Positions 48,301 to 58,501 of a DNA stretch of 64,000 nucleotides are shown piece by piece. Position numbers and translations under genes: made by a program. Below the pieces are notes generated by a model that did not search any database, was not told the origin of the DNA, and was given only the letters and a program-made list of their open reading frames with translations. Location of the stretch: positions 32,001 to 96,000 of IMG/VR virus record IMGVR_UViG_3300005095_000072; one strand, given 5' to 3'. Source of the DNA: a virus. Position 1 is the stretch's first letter. Each line of letters starts with the position of its first letter.

Positions 48301-49146
48301 ATGAGTGAAATAGAAGTAAAACTTAAAAGACTACGACCTATTAAAGGTGAATATATAAAAGATTATTTAGATAACTTAGATGTATATAAAAATTTATCAA
48401 GTAGTCATGAGTTCCAAAATCAAACTAATGTAGGTCAAGGTGGAATAAATTTAGAAAGTATGCTTGAAACTGCAAAGAAACAACTATCTTTTGTATATGA
48501 TAACCTAACTGATAATTCTAAGTCTTTTGGGGCTAAGATGGATAGTATATTATCTTTACAGATGTTAGCATTACAACCTATAATACAAAACCTTGATGAA
48601 ACCTTATATGATGAGAGGAAAGCTCATAGTGCCTCTCGTTTGAATGGTATGATAACTCATTTAAAAGATAGCTTAATACAAAAACAACAGTTTGAGTTAA
48701 AAGAAGAGATAGATTTATTGCACCCTAAAATACAAAAAGCTTTTAGTTTTTTAGTTGAGTCATTTATATATGTACTTACAGAGGTAGGGGTAGATGCTTC
48801 AACTAAAGCTATGATTGTTAATTCTCTATCTCTTAAAATAATGGGATTTGAAGAGGAAATGAATAATAGACTTAAAGGGCTATCATTCTCTATGCTTGAT
48901 AATCTTGAAAATCCTATACTGGAGGGATTACCTAATATTAAACAGTTAGAGTTAATCAATCAACAAAAGAATACCGTAAAACCTATAGATAAAGATGATG
49001 ACGAAGATATTGAAACTGTAGAAGATATATCAAATAATATTAACCAACAAGAACAATATAAAAAAGTTAATTTAGATAATCTTAATATAGATGAAGATAA
49101 AAAGAAAGCTATATTAGAGAAGATAAAGCAAAGGAAAGGTGAGTAA
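48301..49146 (+). CDS. putative terminase small subunit
   Basis: Helical protein coupled (TAATG) to terL; call based on position only. Confidence 0.4.
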   Translation: MSEIEVKLKRLRPIKGEYIKDYLDNLDVYKNLSSSHEFQNQTNVGQGGINLESMLETAKKQLSFVYDNLTDNSKSFGAKMDSILSLQMLALQPIIQNLDETLYDERKAHSASRLNGMITHLKDSLIQKQQFELKEEIDLLHPKIQKAFSFLVESFIYVLTEVGVDASTKAMIVNSLSLKIMGFEEEMNNRLKGLSFSMLDNLENPILEGLPNIKQLELINQQKNTVKPIDKDDDEDIETVEDISNNINQQEQYKKVNLDNLNIDEDKKKAILEKIKQRKGE

Positions 49147-51011
49147 TGGCTTTATCTGACTTTCTAAGAGATATAGTTAAGCAAGTCGAAAAGGAAGCTA
49201 GAGTTAAACCTATGACTATAATAGAGTTTGCAGAAGCTCCATCAGGGCTTAACTATACTCTTTATCCTGTGCAGAAATTTATATTTAAAGTATTTTATAA
49301 AATTCCTCTGTCTAGTGATATAAATGAAAATAGAATTATAGTAAAAGACCAATTCAATGAAAAAACTTTATATGAGTTCGACGAGGTATCTTTTTTTAAA
49401 TTTTTAGAAAGAGAAGGACGAATAAACTTATCTTTCCAAGATTGGGAAGAGATGGAAGACACTATTGATGAAATTATTTTTGTTATAGGGAGAAGAGGGA
49501 GTAAAACTACTATGACTTCTATAATCTCTGCATATACAGTTTATTTATTATTACTTATGGAAGACCCTCATAGCTATTTTGGTATAGTTCCTAACGAACC
49601 TATTGGTATTGCTTTATGTTCTAATAGTTCTGAAGGGGCTGAAAGACAATTAAGAAACCTGATACAGCTTATTAATCCCTCTCGTTTCTTCCAACCTTAT
49701 ATTTATGGAACTAAAGGTGGGAAGTACTGGTTAAGAACAGTTAAGTTTAAAGAAAAAGAAGAGCTAGGATTAACTACATCGCCGGGTGATATTCTTATTG
49801 AAGCCTACGCCGCTAGTCCATCTGTTAGAGGTGCTAGTAATATTGTTGTAGTAATGGATGAGTTCGGACACTTTAATGATGCAGATGTTACAAACAAGAA
49901 AAAACCACTAGACGAGAAGTTATATGAAGCTTTAACCCCCTCTGTTGCAGGTTTCACAGACGATGATGGAGTAGCTTATGGTAAATCCTTTATAATGAGT
50001 TCTCCTAATGGTAAAAAAGGAGCTTTGTATAAGTTCTATAAGAACTCTTTCAATGATAAAACATATTTAGCACTAAATATGCCTAGTAACTGGGTTAATT
50101 ATAAAATATCTTCTAAGAGATTGAGAAATGCTTATAATAAATCTGAGTTATCATTTAGACAAGAATACTTAGGAGAATTTGTTGATTCTGCAGGAGGTTG
50201 GATAAGCAATAAAGATAAAATAAAAGCTATGATTAATATGAATATGGTCAATACTTTAAGAAATGGTGTAAGAGGTAAGAAGTACTTCTTAGGTATTGAC
50301 CTTGCTATGAGTGGGGATGGTTTCTCTCTCTGTGTAGCTCATAAGGAAGCTAGAAGGGTTAATCATAAAACAGAAGATGAAAAACTTGAAATATTATTGA
50401 ATGAAAAGAATATAATTGTAATTGATTATATTGAATACCATTTACCTGAAGAGGGAGAGGTTTTAGACTATGAGTTCATAATACAACGAATAAAAAATGT
50501 TTATAGGTATTTTAATATAAGTAGAGGGTATTATGACCAATGGGCAGGTCAAGTATTTACTCAATTATTTGCTAAACATAAAGTACCTAGATTAGAGATG
50601 ATACCATCTACTCAAAAACTAAATAGTGAAGTAGCTAAATTGTTTAGACAGTTAATTATGGAAGGTCGTTTAATGTGTCCTAGTGATGTAGATTATTTTA
50701 TTGATGAGATTTCTAACTTACAAGAAACAGTATCAAGGAATAATTATGTTAAAGTAGAAGCTAACTCAGGAGAACACGATGATGTTTTTGATGCAGTTAG
50801 TAGAGCTGTTTATATGGCTTATAGGTTAGGAGAGTATGAACCTTATATCCCTAATAGTGCTAAGAATAACAAAGTTTTAGAAGAGAAGATTAAGCAACAA
50901 ATAAAAGACAATGCAAGTAAAGTTAAGAAAAATTTTGGTGGTATGGAGCTACCTAGTAGTATAAAGATAAAAAGGAAAGCACCTTCTTATTTAATAAATA
51001 AAAGAAGATAA
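49146..51011 (+). CDS. terL: terminase large subunit
   Basis: LYPVQ, GRRGSKT, VVMDE, MSSPNG, FRQEY, GIDLA, YDQW, HDD. Confidence 0.92.
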   Translation: MALSDFLRDIVKQVEKEARVKPMTIIEFAEAPSGLNYTLYPVQKFIFKVFYKIPLSSDINENRIIVKDQFNEKTLYEFDEVSFFKFLEREGRINLSFQDWEEMEDTIDEIIFVIGRRGSKTTMTSIISAYTVYLLLLMEDPHSYFGIVPNEPIGIALCSNSSEGAERQLRNLIQLINPSRFFQPYIYGTKGGKYWLRTVKFKEKEELGLTTSPGDILIEAYAASPSVRGASNIVVVMDEFGHFNDADVTNKKKPLDEKLYEALTPSVAGFTDDDGVAYGKSFIMSSPNGKKGALYKFYKNSFNDKTYLALNMPSNWVNYKISSKRLRNAYNKSELSFRQEYLGEFVDSAGGWISNKDKIKAMINMNMVNTLRNGVRGKKYFLGIDLAMSGDGFSLCVAHKEARRVNHKTEDEKLEILLNEKNIIVIDYIEYHLPEEGEVLDYEFIIQRIKNVYRYFNISRGYYDQWAGQVFTQLFAKHKVPRLEMIPSTQKLNSEVAKLFRQLIMEGRLMCPSDVDYFIDEISNLQETVSRNNYVKVEANSGEHDDVFDAVSRAVYMAYRLGEYEPYIPNSAKNNKVLEEKIKQQIKDNASKVKKNFGGMELPSSIKIKRKAPSYLINKRR

Positions 51012-51022
51012 AAGGCTAAAAT

Positions 51023-52903
51023 ATGGTAAAAATTGGTAACAGTTTAACAGAGTCAGAACAAATAAAATTAAAAGCAAGAGCATCTGCAGGGGATGTTAAA
51101 TCTATTAATGTCTTAAAGATAAACTCTGCAAAAAGAAATTTATCTACTACAAGTTCATTAAGCTTTGGTAGTGGAAATTTAACTTCATTAAGACAGGCTG
51201 TTGATAAAATGAGTTTAGAGGATAATTATATTTATATAAGAGCTGAGTTATTAATGGAGTTAGTTATTTCAGGTGGGCTAACTATCTCAAGATTAACTTT
51301 AGAACAAAAGATTATTATATTTGCTTGGCTGTATAAGTATGATAAAAAGATAGGTAGAATCATAGATATATTTGTTAATTTACCTTTAAGCACTTTGAGA
51401 TTACAAAAACCAACTCAAACTAAAAATGATATACTTCAAGATTATGTGTATGCTTATTTTGAAAGATTTTGGAATAAAGTATCTTTTAAGAAAAAACTAA
51501 AAAAAGTATTTTTATACACTAAGTTATTTGGGGTGGGGGCTTTACTGTTAAGCGATGATTATAATGAAAAGTCAGATACAGTTATAGACTTTACTAATTT
51601 AAAAACTCTTATTCAAGATGAGATAACAGAAGAAGAATGGGAAGAGATAGACAAGATAACAAAGGAATATAATAACAACCCTGATAAAGTTTCATTAGAA
51701 GATAAAAATAAAGTTATATCTAAACTTGTTAGAGGTGTTAATAATCAATATAAAGGGGTGGAGTTCGCTAAAGTTGTAAATCCTTTTGAAGTTATTAAAA
51801 GAAAATCAAATAAAGATATTGATTATCATATATACAATATAAGTGAAGATACTCATATTAAAAAGTTCTTAGAAAGTGAGATGGGGGTTAAACTTAAAAG
51901 AAACCCTGATGATATAGTAAATATGTTAAAAAAGATAAACTATTCTGAAAGTTATATAAAATTATTTCTTAATAGCAATGGTATGGATGGAGTACAAGTT
52001 GATTCTAACCCTTATTATTCTTCTTGTTATATAGTATCTATGGAAGAAGAAGGACTATCTAACTTGGATAATTCTAACTTTAATAGAGTATTACAAAGTG
52101 CTATTGATTTAAAGATGGTTAGAGATAGAGAAAGAATGAAATCAAATGAAGCTTATAAAGTTATAAGGCTTGTTACTATCCCTGAGGGAGAACTCACACC
52201 TGACCAAGTAGCTGAGTTTGAAGCTAAAGTATTAGACGCCGCTGAATCACCTGAAGGTAGTGTTATTACAACTAACTATAATGTTAATTGGCAAGAGTTT
52301 CGTTTGGATGCTAGAGAACAGATAGATTTACAAGGAGTAGAACTTAAAGCAGAACAAGATATAAATTCAACTTTTGGTATAGCAGATGTACTCGTTGGAG
52401 GAGAAGATAGTTATGCTAATTCTTTTATGAAAACTGAAATGATGGTAAATGAGTTCAATGCTAGTAGAATGGAACTAAAAGAATTTGTAGAAGAGAAGAT
52501 ATTTAAACCTATAGCTATTAAGGCAGGATTTGTTGTTAAAGATGAATGGGGAGAACCTAAACCTGTTTATCCTAGCTTGAAGTTCGACAGAATATCTATT
52601 GCCAGAGGTTCAGAAGATTTTGCACTATTACAAGAACTAGCTAGTGCAGGTAAGTTGCCTTGGGAGACAATTATAAATGCTCTCAATTTTGATTATGAGG
52701 AAGTACAAACTAAGTTGAGAAATGAAAAAATGAGTATTTTAAATGATAACATAGGTGCTGTAATAGATAACTCTGCTGGAGGTTTAGCTGAACAATTATC
52801 TTCTAACCCTGAGTTTTTAGAGAAGATAGCAGATATATTACAGTTAAAGATAGATATAAATAAAGAACCAAACACAGATGAAGAATCACAGGGAGATGAA
52901 TAA
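51023..52903 (+). CDS. portal protein
   Basis: 626 aa directly after terL; IGRIIDIFVNLPLS clip region, FGIADVLVGGE-SYA, EEKIFKPIA. Confidence 0.75.
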   Translation: MVKIGNSLTESEQIKLKARASAGDVKSINVLKINSAKRNLSTTSSLSFGSGNLTSLRQAVDKMSLEDNYIYIRAELLMELVISGGLTISRLTLEQKIIIFAWLYKYDKKIGRIIDIFVNLPLSTLRLQKPTQTKNDILQDYVYAYFERFWNKVSFKKKLKKVFLYTKLFGVGALLLSDDYNEKSDTVIDFTNLKTLIQDEITEEEWEEIDKITKEYNNNPDKVSLEDKNKVISKLVRGVNNQYKGVEFAKVVNPFEVIKRKSNKDIDYHIYNISEDTHIKKFLESEMGVKLKRNPDDIVNMLKKINYSESYIKLFLNSNGMDGVQVDSNPYYSSCYIVSMEEEGLSNLDNSNFNRVLQSAIDLKMVRDRERMKSNEAYKVIRLVTIPEGELTPDQVAEFEAKVLDAAESPEGSVITTNYNVNWQEFRLDAREQIDLQGVELKAEQDINSTFGIADVLVGGEDSYANSFMKTEMMVNEFNASRMELKEFVEEKIFKPIAIKAGFVVKDEWGEPKPVYPSLKFDRISIARGSEDFALLQELASAGKLPWETIINALNFDYEEVQTKLRNEKMSILNDNIGAVIDNSAGGLAEQLSSNPEFLEKIADILQLKIDINKEPNTDEESQGDE

Positions 52904-54174
52904 TGGTAAAAGTTAAAAGAAGATTAAAAAGATTTAATACAAGTGCTTTAGATAAAATCATAGATTTACATGAAAAAACAGCAAGAGAGATATTTGATAT
53001 ACCTAATCTTAAGAAAATATCTAAAGGTGGCTCAGATAGACAAGTCTTTGATTTGGGTGGAAATAAAGTCTTAAAGGTAGCTAAGACGGCAAGAGGTTTA
53101 GCTCAAAATGAAGCTGAGTGGGATTTTAATTTAGCAGGAGGTATTTTACCACAGGTATTCTATAAAGGAAAGAACTTCTTAATAGTGGAGAAAGTTTATT
53201 TTGATAAGAAAAGACCTTTAATAAATGCTCTCTGTAAATATTTGAAAAACCAAGATACATATACTCCAAGTGCTTATGAAAGAAAATATAATATGGATAG
53301 AGCTTTAGAAAATGCAGAAGAACAATTTAAAATACCTTATTTAACTAATTTAAGAGATTATGATTATCTTATCGGAGATTTAACAGCACCTAGAAATTGG
53401 GGAGTTACAGGTAGAGGAAGAGTTGTACTTGCTGATGGAGGAACTGTTAGTTCTGATAGTATAATGAGTCCTCCTCAATGGGTTAAAGGAGAGTGGGAGG
53501 AAGTTAAACAAAAGAATAGAGAACTAAAAAAGTTATACGGAGATACAGATAAAATTATAGCTAGTAGTTTAGTAACTAAAGCAAAGATTGAAAAAGAGTT
53601 CCTAGAGAAGAACAAAGATTTACCTGAAACTGTTGTATATCAAACCCCACCTATAAAAGGTGGAAAGAAATTTCTATCTGTTATAAGAAGAGGGGATAAA
53701 CCTAGTAATTATTACTATTATTCTCAAAGAGTAGGAAAAGATAGCATAAGATTTTTGTTATATGATGCAAATAAAAAAGATAAACCTTTTGGAGTTTTAG
53801 AACAGTTTGAAGCTAGTCAAAACAGAACTACAGTTGGAGCTTTTAGTGGCTCAATGGATAAACCTAATTTAACTCCAAAAGAGATATGTAGAGAAGAAGT
53901 CAATGAAGAGAGTGAATACACTGTAACAAAAGCTGAGATGAACGATAGGATATTTCATCTTAAAAATATGAGAGTAGGGAGTCAAACAAATGAAGTAGCA
54001 TATCTTTATATTGTAAATGTTACAGGCTTAAAAACAACTCCTAAAAAACCTGAGAATGAGTGGGAGGAGAACACAGATACTCACTGGCTATCTTTAGAAG
54101 AGATAAAAGATTATTGTAATTGGGAAGCTTTTATTATAGCAGACAGAGCTAAAGCAATATTTAAGGAATTATAA
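52903..54174 (+). CDS. protein-kinase-like domain fused to a Nudix hydrolase
   Basis: GGSDRQVF..VLKVAK..QNEAE..DLTAPRNWG..LADGG, then GSMD..PKEICREEVNEESEY (Nudix box); linker KIIASS. Confidence 0.75.
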   Translation: MVKVKRRLKRFNTSALDKIIDLHEKTAREIFDIPNLKKISKGGSDRQVFDLGGNKVLKVAKTARGLAQNEAEWDFNLAGGILPQVFYKGKNFLIVEKVYFDKKRPLINALCKYLKNQDTYTPSAYERKYNMDRALENAEEQFKIPYLTNLRDYDYLIGDLTAPRNWGVTGRGRVVLADGGTVSSDSIMSPPQWVKGEWEEVKQKNRELKKLYGDTDKIIASSLVTKAKIEKEFLEKNKDLPETVVYQTPPIKGGKKFLSVIRRGDKPSNYYYYSQRVGKDSIRFLLYDANKKDKPFGVLEQFEASQNRTTVGAFSGSMDKPNLTPKEICREEVNEESEYTVTKAEMNDRIFHLKNMRVGSQTNEVAYLYIVNVTGLKTTPKKPENEWEENTDTHWLSLEEIKDYCNWEAFIIADRAKAIFKEL

Positions 54175-54177
54175 AAA

Positions 54178-54564
54178 ATGAAGATTATAGCTTTTGAGAT
54201 TAAAACATCAACTTTAGAAAAAATGTTAAAAAAGTATCTTAAAAGCATTTTTGAGAAAGATATTGAATATAAGATAAGTATCTATAAAGATGAAAAAACT
54301 AAAGAACCTTATATCTATATAAATGAAATTTATGTTTATCCTGATAAAAGAGGTCAAGGTTTAGGAACTAGATTCCTCAAAGAGGTTATTAAGTTCGCAG
54401 ATATTCATAAGTTAAATATAGCTTTGTTATCAACTTTAATAAACAATAAAAAACAGAATAGCTTTTATTATAGACAAGGTTTTGTTAGATTAAAATGTAA
54501 AAATTGTAAATACAATATGAGAAGATATTATAAAAGGAAGAACAATGAAGATAATAGCATATAA
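54178..54564 (+). CDS. GNAT acetyltransferase
   Basis: IYVYPDKRGQGLGT (acetyl-CoA motif A), FYYRQGF; starts MKIIA. Confidence 0.85.
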   Translation: MKIIAFEIKTSTLEKMLKKYLKSIFEKDIEYKISIYKDEKTKEPYIYINEIYVYPDKRGQGLGTRFLKEVIKFADIHKLNIALLSTLINNKKQNSFYYRQGFVRLKCKNCKYNMRRYYKRKNNEDNSI

Positions 54565-55978
54565 CAGTAATCCCAAGAACTTTAGAAGATACCATCAAAG
54601 TAAAGGACTGTTTAATAAAAGGTCTATGAGAATAGCTAAGAGAAATCAAAAGACACATAAAAAATCAGCTTTAAAAAGATTTTGTGGAGATAAAATAGAC
54701 ACTAATTGTATTACTAGAGCTTTGAGAAGTAATAAAAAAGAACTTAGAAAGTCTGCTAATTTTGCCTTAACTTTAAAAAAGATAGCTAGTCGTAGAAAGG
54801 GTATAAGAAATAAATTTGATATAGCAACTAGAAAGAAAAACGATGCTATTTATAATAGAAAACATAAAACTGAACTACAAAAGGTTAATAGAGCTAGATT
54901 ACAAAGTAAAGCTAGTTCAAAGATAAACTTCGATAAGATACAAAATTACTTCACAAATGATATTTTAGAAACAGTAGCACCTAAAGAAAACAATTCTAAC
55001 CTTTGGTTAGGTGGAAGTTTTATAGGAAGACCTTTAGAGTATTTACCTTATGTTTATAGAGGTATTTCAAATGAAGAGTGGAACAATATTCAAAAGAAAA
55101 AATATATCAAAAGTGATGGAAGATTAAATTTATCAAATGAAAAAGGACTGACTGTTTATAGTATCAATCCCAACACTGCTTTAAATTATGCTAATGATTT
55201 TATTCCTGATAGTAAAAAAGAGTTGAAACCTACAAAAGATAAGCCTAATTACATAGTTCAAGTAGATATTAGAGATATAAAAGATAAATTTTTTATAGAT
55301 AAAGCTGATGGTTATGTTAAGACTAAAAGTAAAGTACCTATAAAATATATAACTAGAGTGTGGGAGGTATATCCTAATAACAAAACTAAGTTAATTTTCA
55401 AAAGAAGCAATTTAGACGAAACTTTTAACTCTAAGGCTAGTAACAAAACTATTGTTTATCATGGAAGTAATGCTAATATATCTAAGCTAGAACCTAAATA
55501 TATGATGTTAGACCATGCAAACTCACAAGAGGGTGTAGGTATTTATTTTACAACTGAAATATCAACTGCTAAAAGATATGGTAAAAACATTTACACAACA
55601 GAAGTAGAACATACAAATTTTATATCTTCAAGAACTAAAGTATCTGCTTTAGGTAAGCAAAAAGTAATTAAATTGTTAAAAGAGTTAGGAAAGTTAGACC
55701 GTGAGAGTGCTTTTTATCTTGTGACTGATTATGGTGTTTATATTACTGAACCTGAAGAGTATGAAGATTATATGATGGAAGATGTTTATAACAGTATGAG
55801 AACAGAGCAAATAAGAAATTTTCAAATAGAACTATCTGAGAGATTTAGTGTAGTAGATTTTGTTAATGTATGGAATAAAGTATTGCCTAAAGTTCATGGA
55901 ACTTATATTTTACAAAAAGGTAACGAGATTTGGTATTCCATTATAAACACAAAATACAAAATTAAAAGAGTTAATTAA
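54545..55978 (+). CDS. protein with two ADP-ribosyltransferase-like domains
   Basis: Domain 1 YVYRGIS..TVYSINPNTALNYA; domain 2 VYHGS..GVGIYFTT..AKRYG; starts MKIIA. Confidence 0.65.
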   Translation: MKIIAYNSNPKNFRRYHQSKGLFNKRSMRIAKRNQKTHKKSALKRFCGDKIDTNCITRALRSNKKELRKSANFALTLKKIASRRKGIRNKFDIATRKKNDAIYNRKHKTELQKVNRARLQSKASSKINFDKIQNYFTNDILETVAPKENNSNLWLGGSFIGRPLEYLPYVYRGISNEEWNNIQKKKYIKSDGRLNLSNEKGLTVYSINPNTALNYANDFIPDSKKELKPTKDKPNYIVQVDIRDIKDKFFIDKADGYVKTKSKVPIKYITRVWEVYPNNKTKLIFKRSNLDETFNSKASNKTIVYHGSNANISKLEPKYMMLDHANSQEGVGIYFTTEISTAKRYGKNIYTTEVEHTNFISSRTKVSALGKQKVIKLLKELGKLDRESAFYLVTDYGVYITEPEEYEDYMMEDVYNSMRTEQIRNFQIELSERFSVVDFVNVWNKVLPKVHGTYILQKGNEIWYSIINTKYKIKRVN

Positions 55979-55979
55979 T

Positions 55980-56609
55980 ATGTTTGATTTAGAGAAAGCA
56001 GTAGAAGATTTTAAAACAAAAGGTGCAAAGTATTTTATTAGTACTTATGAGAAAGATTTTGAGAGATTGTTAAATCAAGCTCCTAAAGGAAAGCTAAGAA
56101 GCTATTTAAAGTCTAATTTTGGAGTATATGCTCTTTCAAAGCTTAGGAATATATTATCATTAAATAAAAAAGATTTTCTTTATAATCCTATTTTTAGGCT
56201 TGTATTAGATGAATTTTATTTGCTTGATAAATATAGTCAAAAAGATTTAGATAAAGAGAAGATTATTTTAGATAGAACTCTTTCTAAATATCTTACAGAT
56301 ATGGGATACACTTATTCTATGGAAATATTGAATGGTGATAAAGTTCTTAATATAAACTCAATATATGTAGATAAAGATAAAAGAGGTCAAGGTATAGGAA
56401 CTAAATTTTTAGAAGATTTGATTAGATTTGCAGATAAATATAATTATATTTTAACATTAACACCTAGTTCAGATTTTGGAAGTGATGTTAATAAACTTAA
56501 AAAATTTTATTTTAAATTTAAGTTTCAATCAAATAAAGGTAGTAAAGCAATAAATCAATTAAGAAACTCTATGTTTAGACTACCTAAGAATTATAAAAAG
56601 GATAGATAA
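55980..56609 (+). CDS. GNAT acetyltransferase (paralog of 54178)
   Basis: IYVDKDKRGQGIGT, LTLTP..LKKFYFKFKF. Confidence 0.85.
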   Translation: MFDLEKAVEDFKTKGAKYFISTYEKDFERLLNQAPKGKLRSYLKSNFGVYALSKLRNILSLNKKDFLYNPIFRLVLDEFYLLDKYSQKDLDKEKIILDRTLSKYLTDMGYTYSMEILNGDKVLNINSIYVDKDKRGQGIGTKFLEDLIRFADKYNYILTLTPSSDFGSDVNKLKKFYFKFKFQSNKGSKAINQLRNSMFRLPKNYKKDR

Positions 56610-57004
56610 TGAGAATAATATCAATGGATGTTAAAGCAGATTATAGTAAGATGACACCTAACAACACTAAAATAGTTATACCTTATATAAAAGTTAAATT
56701 GATTAAAAATTCAAAAGATAAAAAAGACTTTGAAACTTTTTTAAAATACTTTATAGATAAAGGTTATTATATAGTTATAAACAACGGTAGCTATGAAATT
56801 TCTCAAAAAGAACTTAGAGATTTAAAAATAAAACCTAGTTTATTAAAGAAGATACACACTTATGACTCTCCTAAATATAATCCTTATGTAGTGAGAGATT
56901 ACAGTTCTTTTCCTGTCGAAGATTGGTTACAGCAAATAAAAGCCTTTGAATACATTAATAATGAAACAGATGAAGGAACTGGATTTTATGGTGATTGGAG
57001 CTAA
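56609..57004 (+). CDS. hypothetical protein
   Basis: Starts MRIISMDVKA. Confidence 0.65.
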   Translation: MRIISMDVKADYSKMTPNNTKIVIPYIKVKLIKNSKDKKDFETFLKYFIDKGYYIVINNGSYEISQKELRDLKIKPSLLKKIHTYDSPKYNPYVVRDYSSFPVEDWLQQIKAFEYINNETDEGTGFYGDWS

Positions 57005-57008
57005 AAGT

Positions 57009-57386
57009 ATGAAAATTATAGCATTAACTAAAGGGCAAACAGAAGATAAAGGAACTATTGCTATTGATTTTGATGGAGTTATTCATAAGTATTCTAAAGG
57101 TTATGCTGATGGTAGTATTTATGACGAGCCTATGACAGGTGCAGAAGAAGCAATGATAGAACTTCTTGATAAAGGTCATAAAATATTTATATTTACTGCT
57201 AGAAAAGATAAGAAAGCGATTAAACAATGGTTAAAAGATAACTTTAATGATAAGAGATTACATAATTTGCTTATAACAAATGAGAAACTACCTGCACAAG
57301 TTTATATTGATGATAGAGGGTATAGGTTTAAAGGTTGGGGTGGTGCTATGAACTTCATAGAAAAATTGGACGAGGAAATAATATGA
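57009..57386 (+). CDS. HAD-superfamily phosphatase
   Basis: IAIDFDGVI, IFTAR, K..YIDDR; start at ATG 57009 (MKIIAL) after GGAG. Confidence 0.85.
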   Translation: MKIIALTKGQTEDKGTIAIDFDGVIHKYSKGYADGSIYDEPMTGAEEAMIELLDKGHKIFIFTARKDKKAIKQWLKDNFNDKRLHNLLITNEKLPAQVYIDDRGYRFKGWGGAMNFIEKLDEEII

Positions 57387-58501
57387 AAGAAAATAAAATC
57401 ATCAGTTTAGATAAAATACCTAATAAGGTAAATCCCCCTAATCCTATGAGAAGAGGTGTTAAAAGAACTGCAAGAAACTATTTCAAACAACCTCATATTC
57501 CAAAGAAAATGCTAAATCCTAATGCTGAAAATCTTAGTATTACTTCTGATAGTATAGAAGATGAAGCAAACACTAATAGGAACTTAGAGGGAGAAGAGAT
57601 AATAAATCATTTTGATAAAGTAAAGTGCGACAATTATTCTTGTTATATTGAAAATGATAACTATTTTATATATCCTAGAACAGGTATAAAAGTGGATTTA
57701 GATGATACTGTAGAGTTGGCTTTTAATTCTAATGATTGGATATTCACTCAAATAACAGGGTTAGCTAGTGTAAATATATTTGATAATTATAAGATAACTC
57801 CTGCAACTACAAAATTTGTCAATAATAACGGTAATGCTTTTAGTGATAGAATATTAAAAAAATATTATAAAACTTTTATAGGAGCACATAATTTTAGAAA
57901 TCATAAACAAGTTATTGATGAGTCTTATGGTATTATCTTAGATGCAGTATTAAGAGAAATACCTGTAAATAATGAAGAGTCTGTCTATTATGTAGATTTA
58001 CTTATTGCTACAAATAAAGTTAGACACCCTGAATGGACTCAAAAGATAGAAAATAAAATTGTTAGATTTGGTAGTATGGGAGCTGAGTCATCTTCTTTTA
58101 AATGCACTTACTGTGGTAATATTCCAACTTCTTATGATGAGTTCTGCGACCATTTTAAGTTATATAAAGGTAAATATTATATAGACCCTGCTAGTGGTAA
58201 AAAGTTAAGGATAGCTCATCTTGTAGAAGACTATAAAAACAAAGAAGGTAAAGGATATGTAGAATTTGTAGAGTATTCCTTTTTGGATATACCCCCTGCT
58301 TTTGAGGGAGCTTCAATGGCTCATGTTATTAAAGTACCTCAAAATACAAATGTTAAGTTTAGTATTCCCAGACAGTTATTAACTAAATCTGCTTTTAATG
58401 TCTGGAAAGAATTTTATAAAATAAATGATAATGGTAATAATGTAGGTTATGATGAACTTACAGAGAAACTACCTGCAATATCTGAGTTTAAAGGAGACTA
58501 G
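57383..58501 (+). CDS. putative prohead maturation protease
   Basis: NNNGNAF, TFIGAHNFRNH, GIILDA, SMG, CTYCG..CDH, EYSFLDIPPAF (HK97/herpes-type fold with Zn insert); start ATG 57383 (MKENKIIS). Confidence 0.7.
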   Translation: MKENKIISLDKIPNKVNPPNPMRRGVKRTARNYFKQPHIPKKMLNPNAENLSITSDSIEDEANTNRNLEGEEIINHFDKVKCDNYSCYIENDNYFIYPRTGIKVDLDDTVELAFNSNDWIFTQITGLASVNIFDNYKITPATTKFVNNNGNAFSDRILKKYYKTFIGAHNFRNHKQVIDESYGIILDAVLREIPVNNEESVYYVDLLIATNKVRHPEWTQKIENKIVRFGSMGAESSSFKCTYCGNIPTSYDEFCDHFKLYKGKYYIDPASGKKLRIAHLVEDYKNKEGKGYVEFVEYSFLDIPPAFEGASMAHVIKVPQNTNVKFSIPRQLLTKSAFNVWKEFYKINDNGNNVGYDELTEKLPAISEFKGD

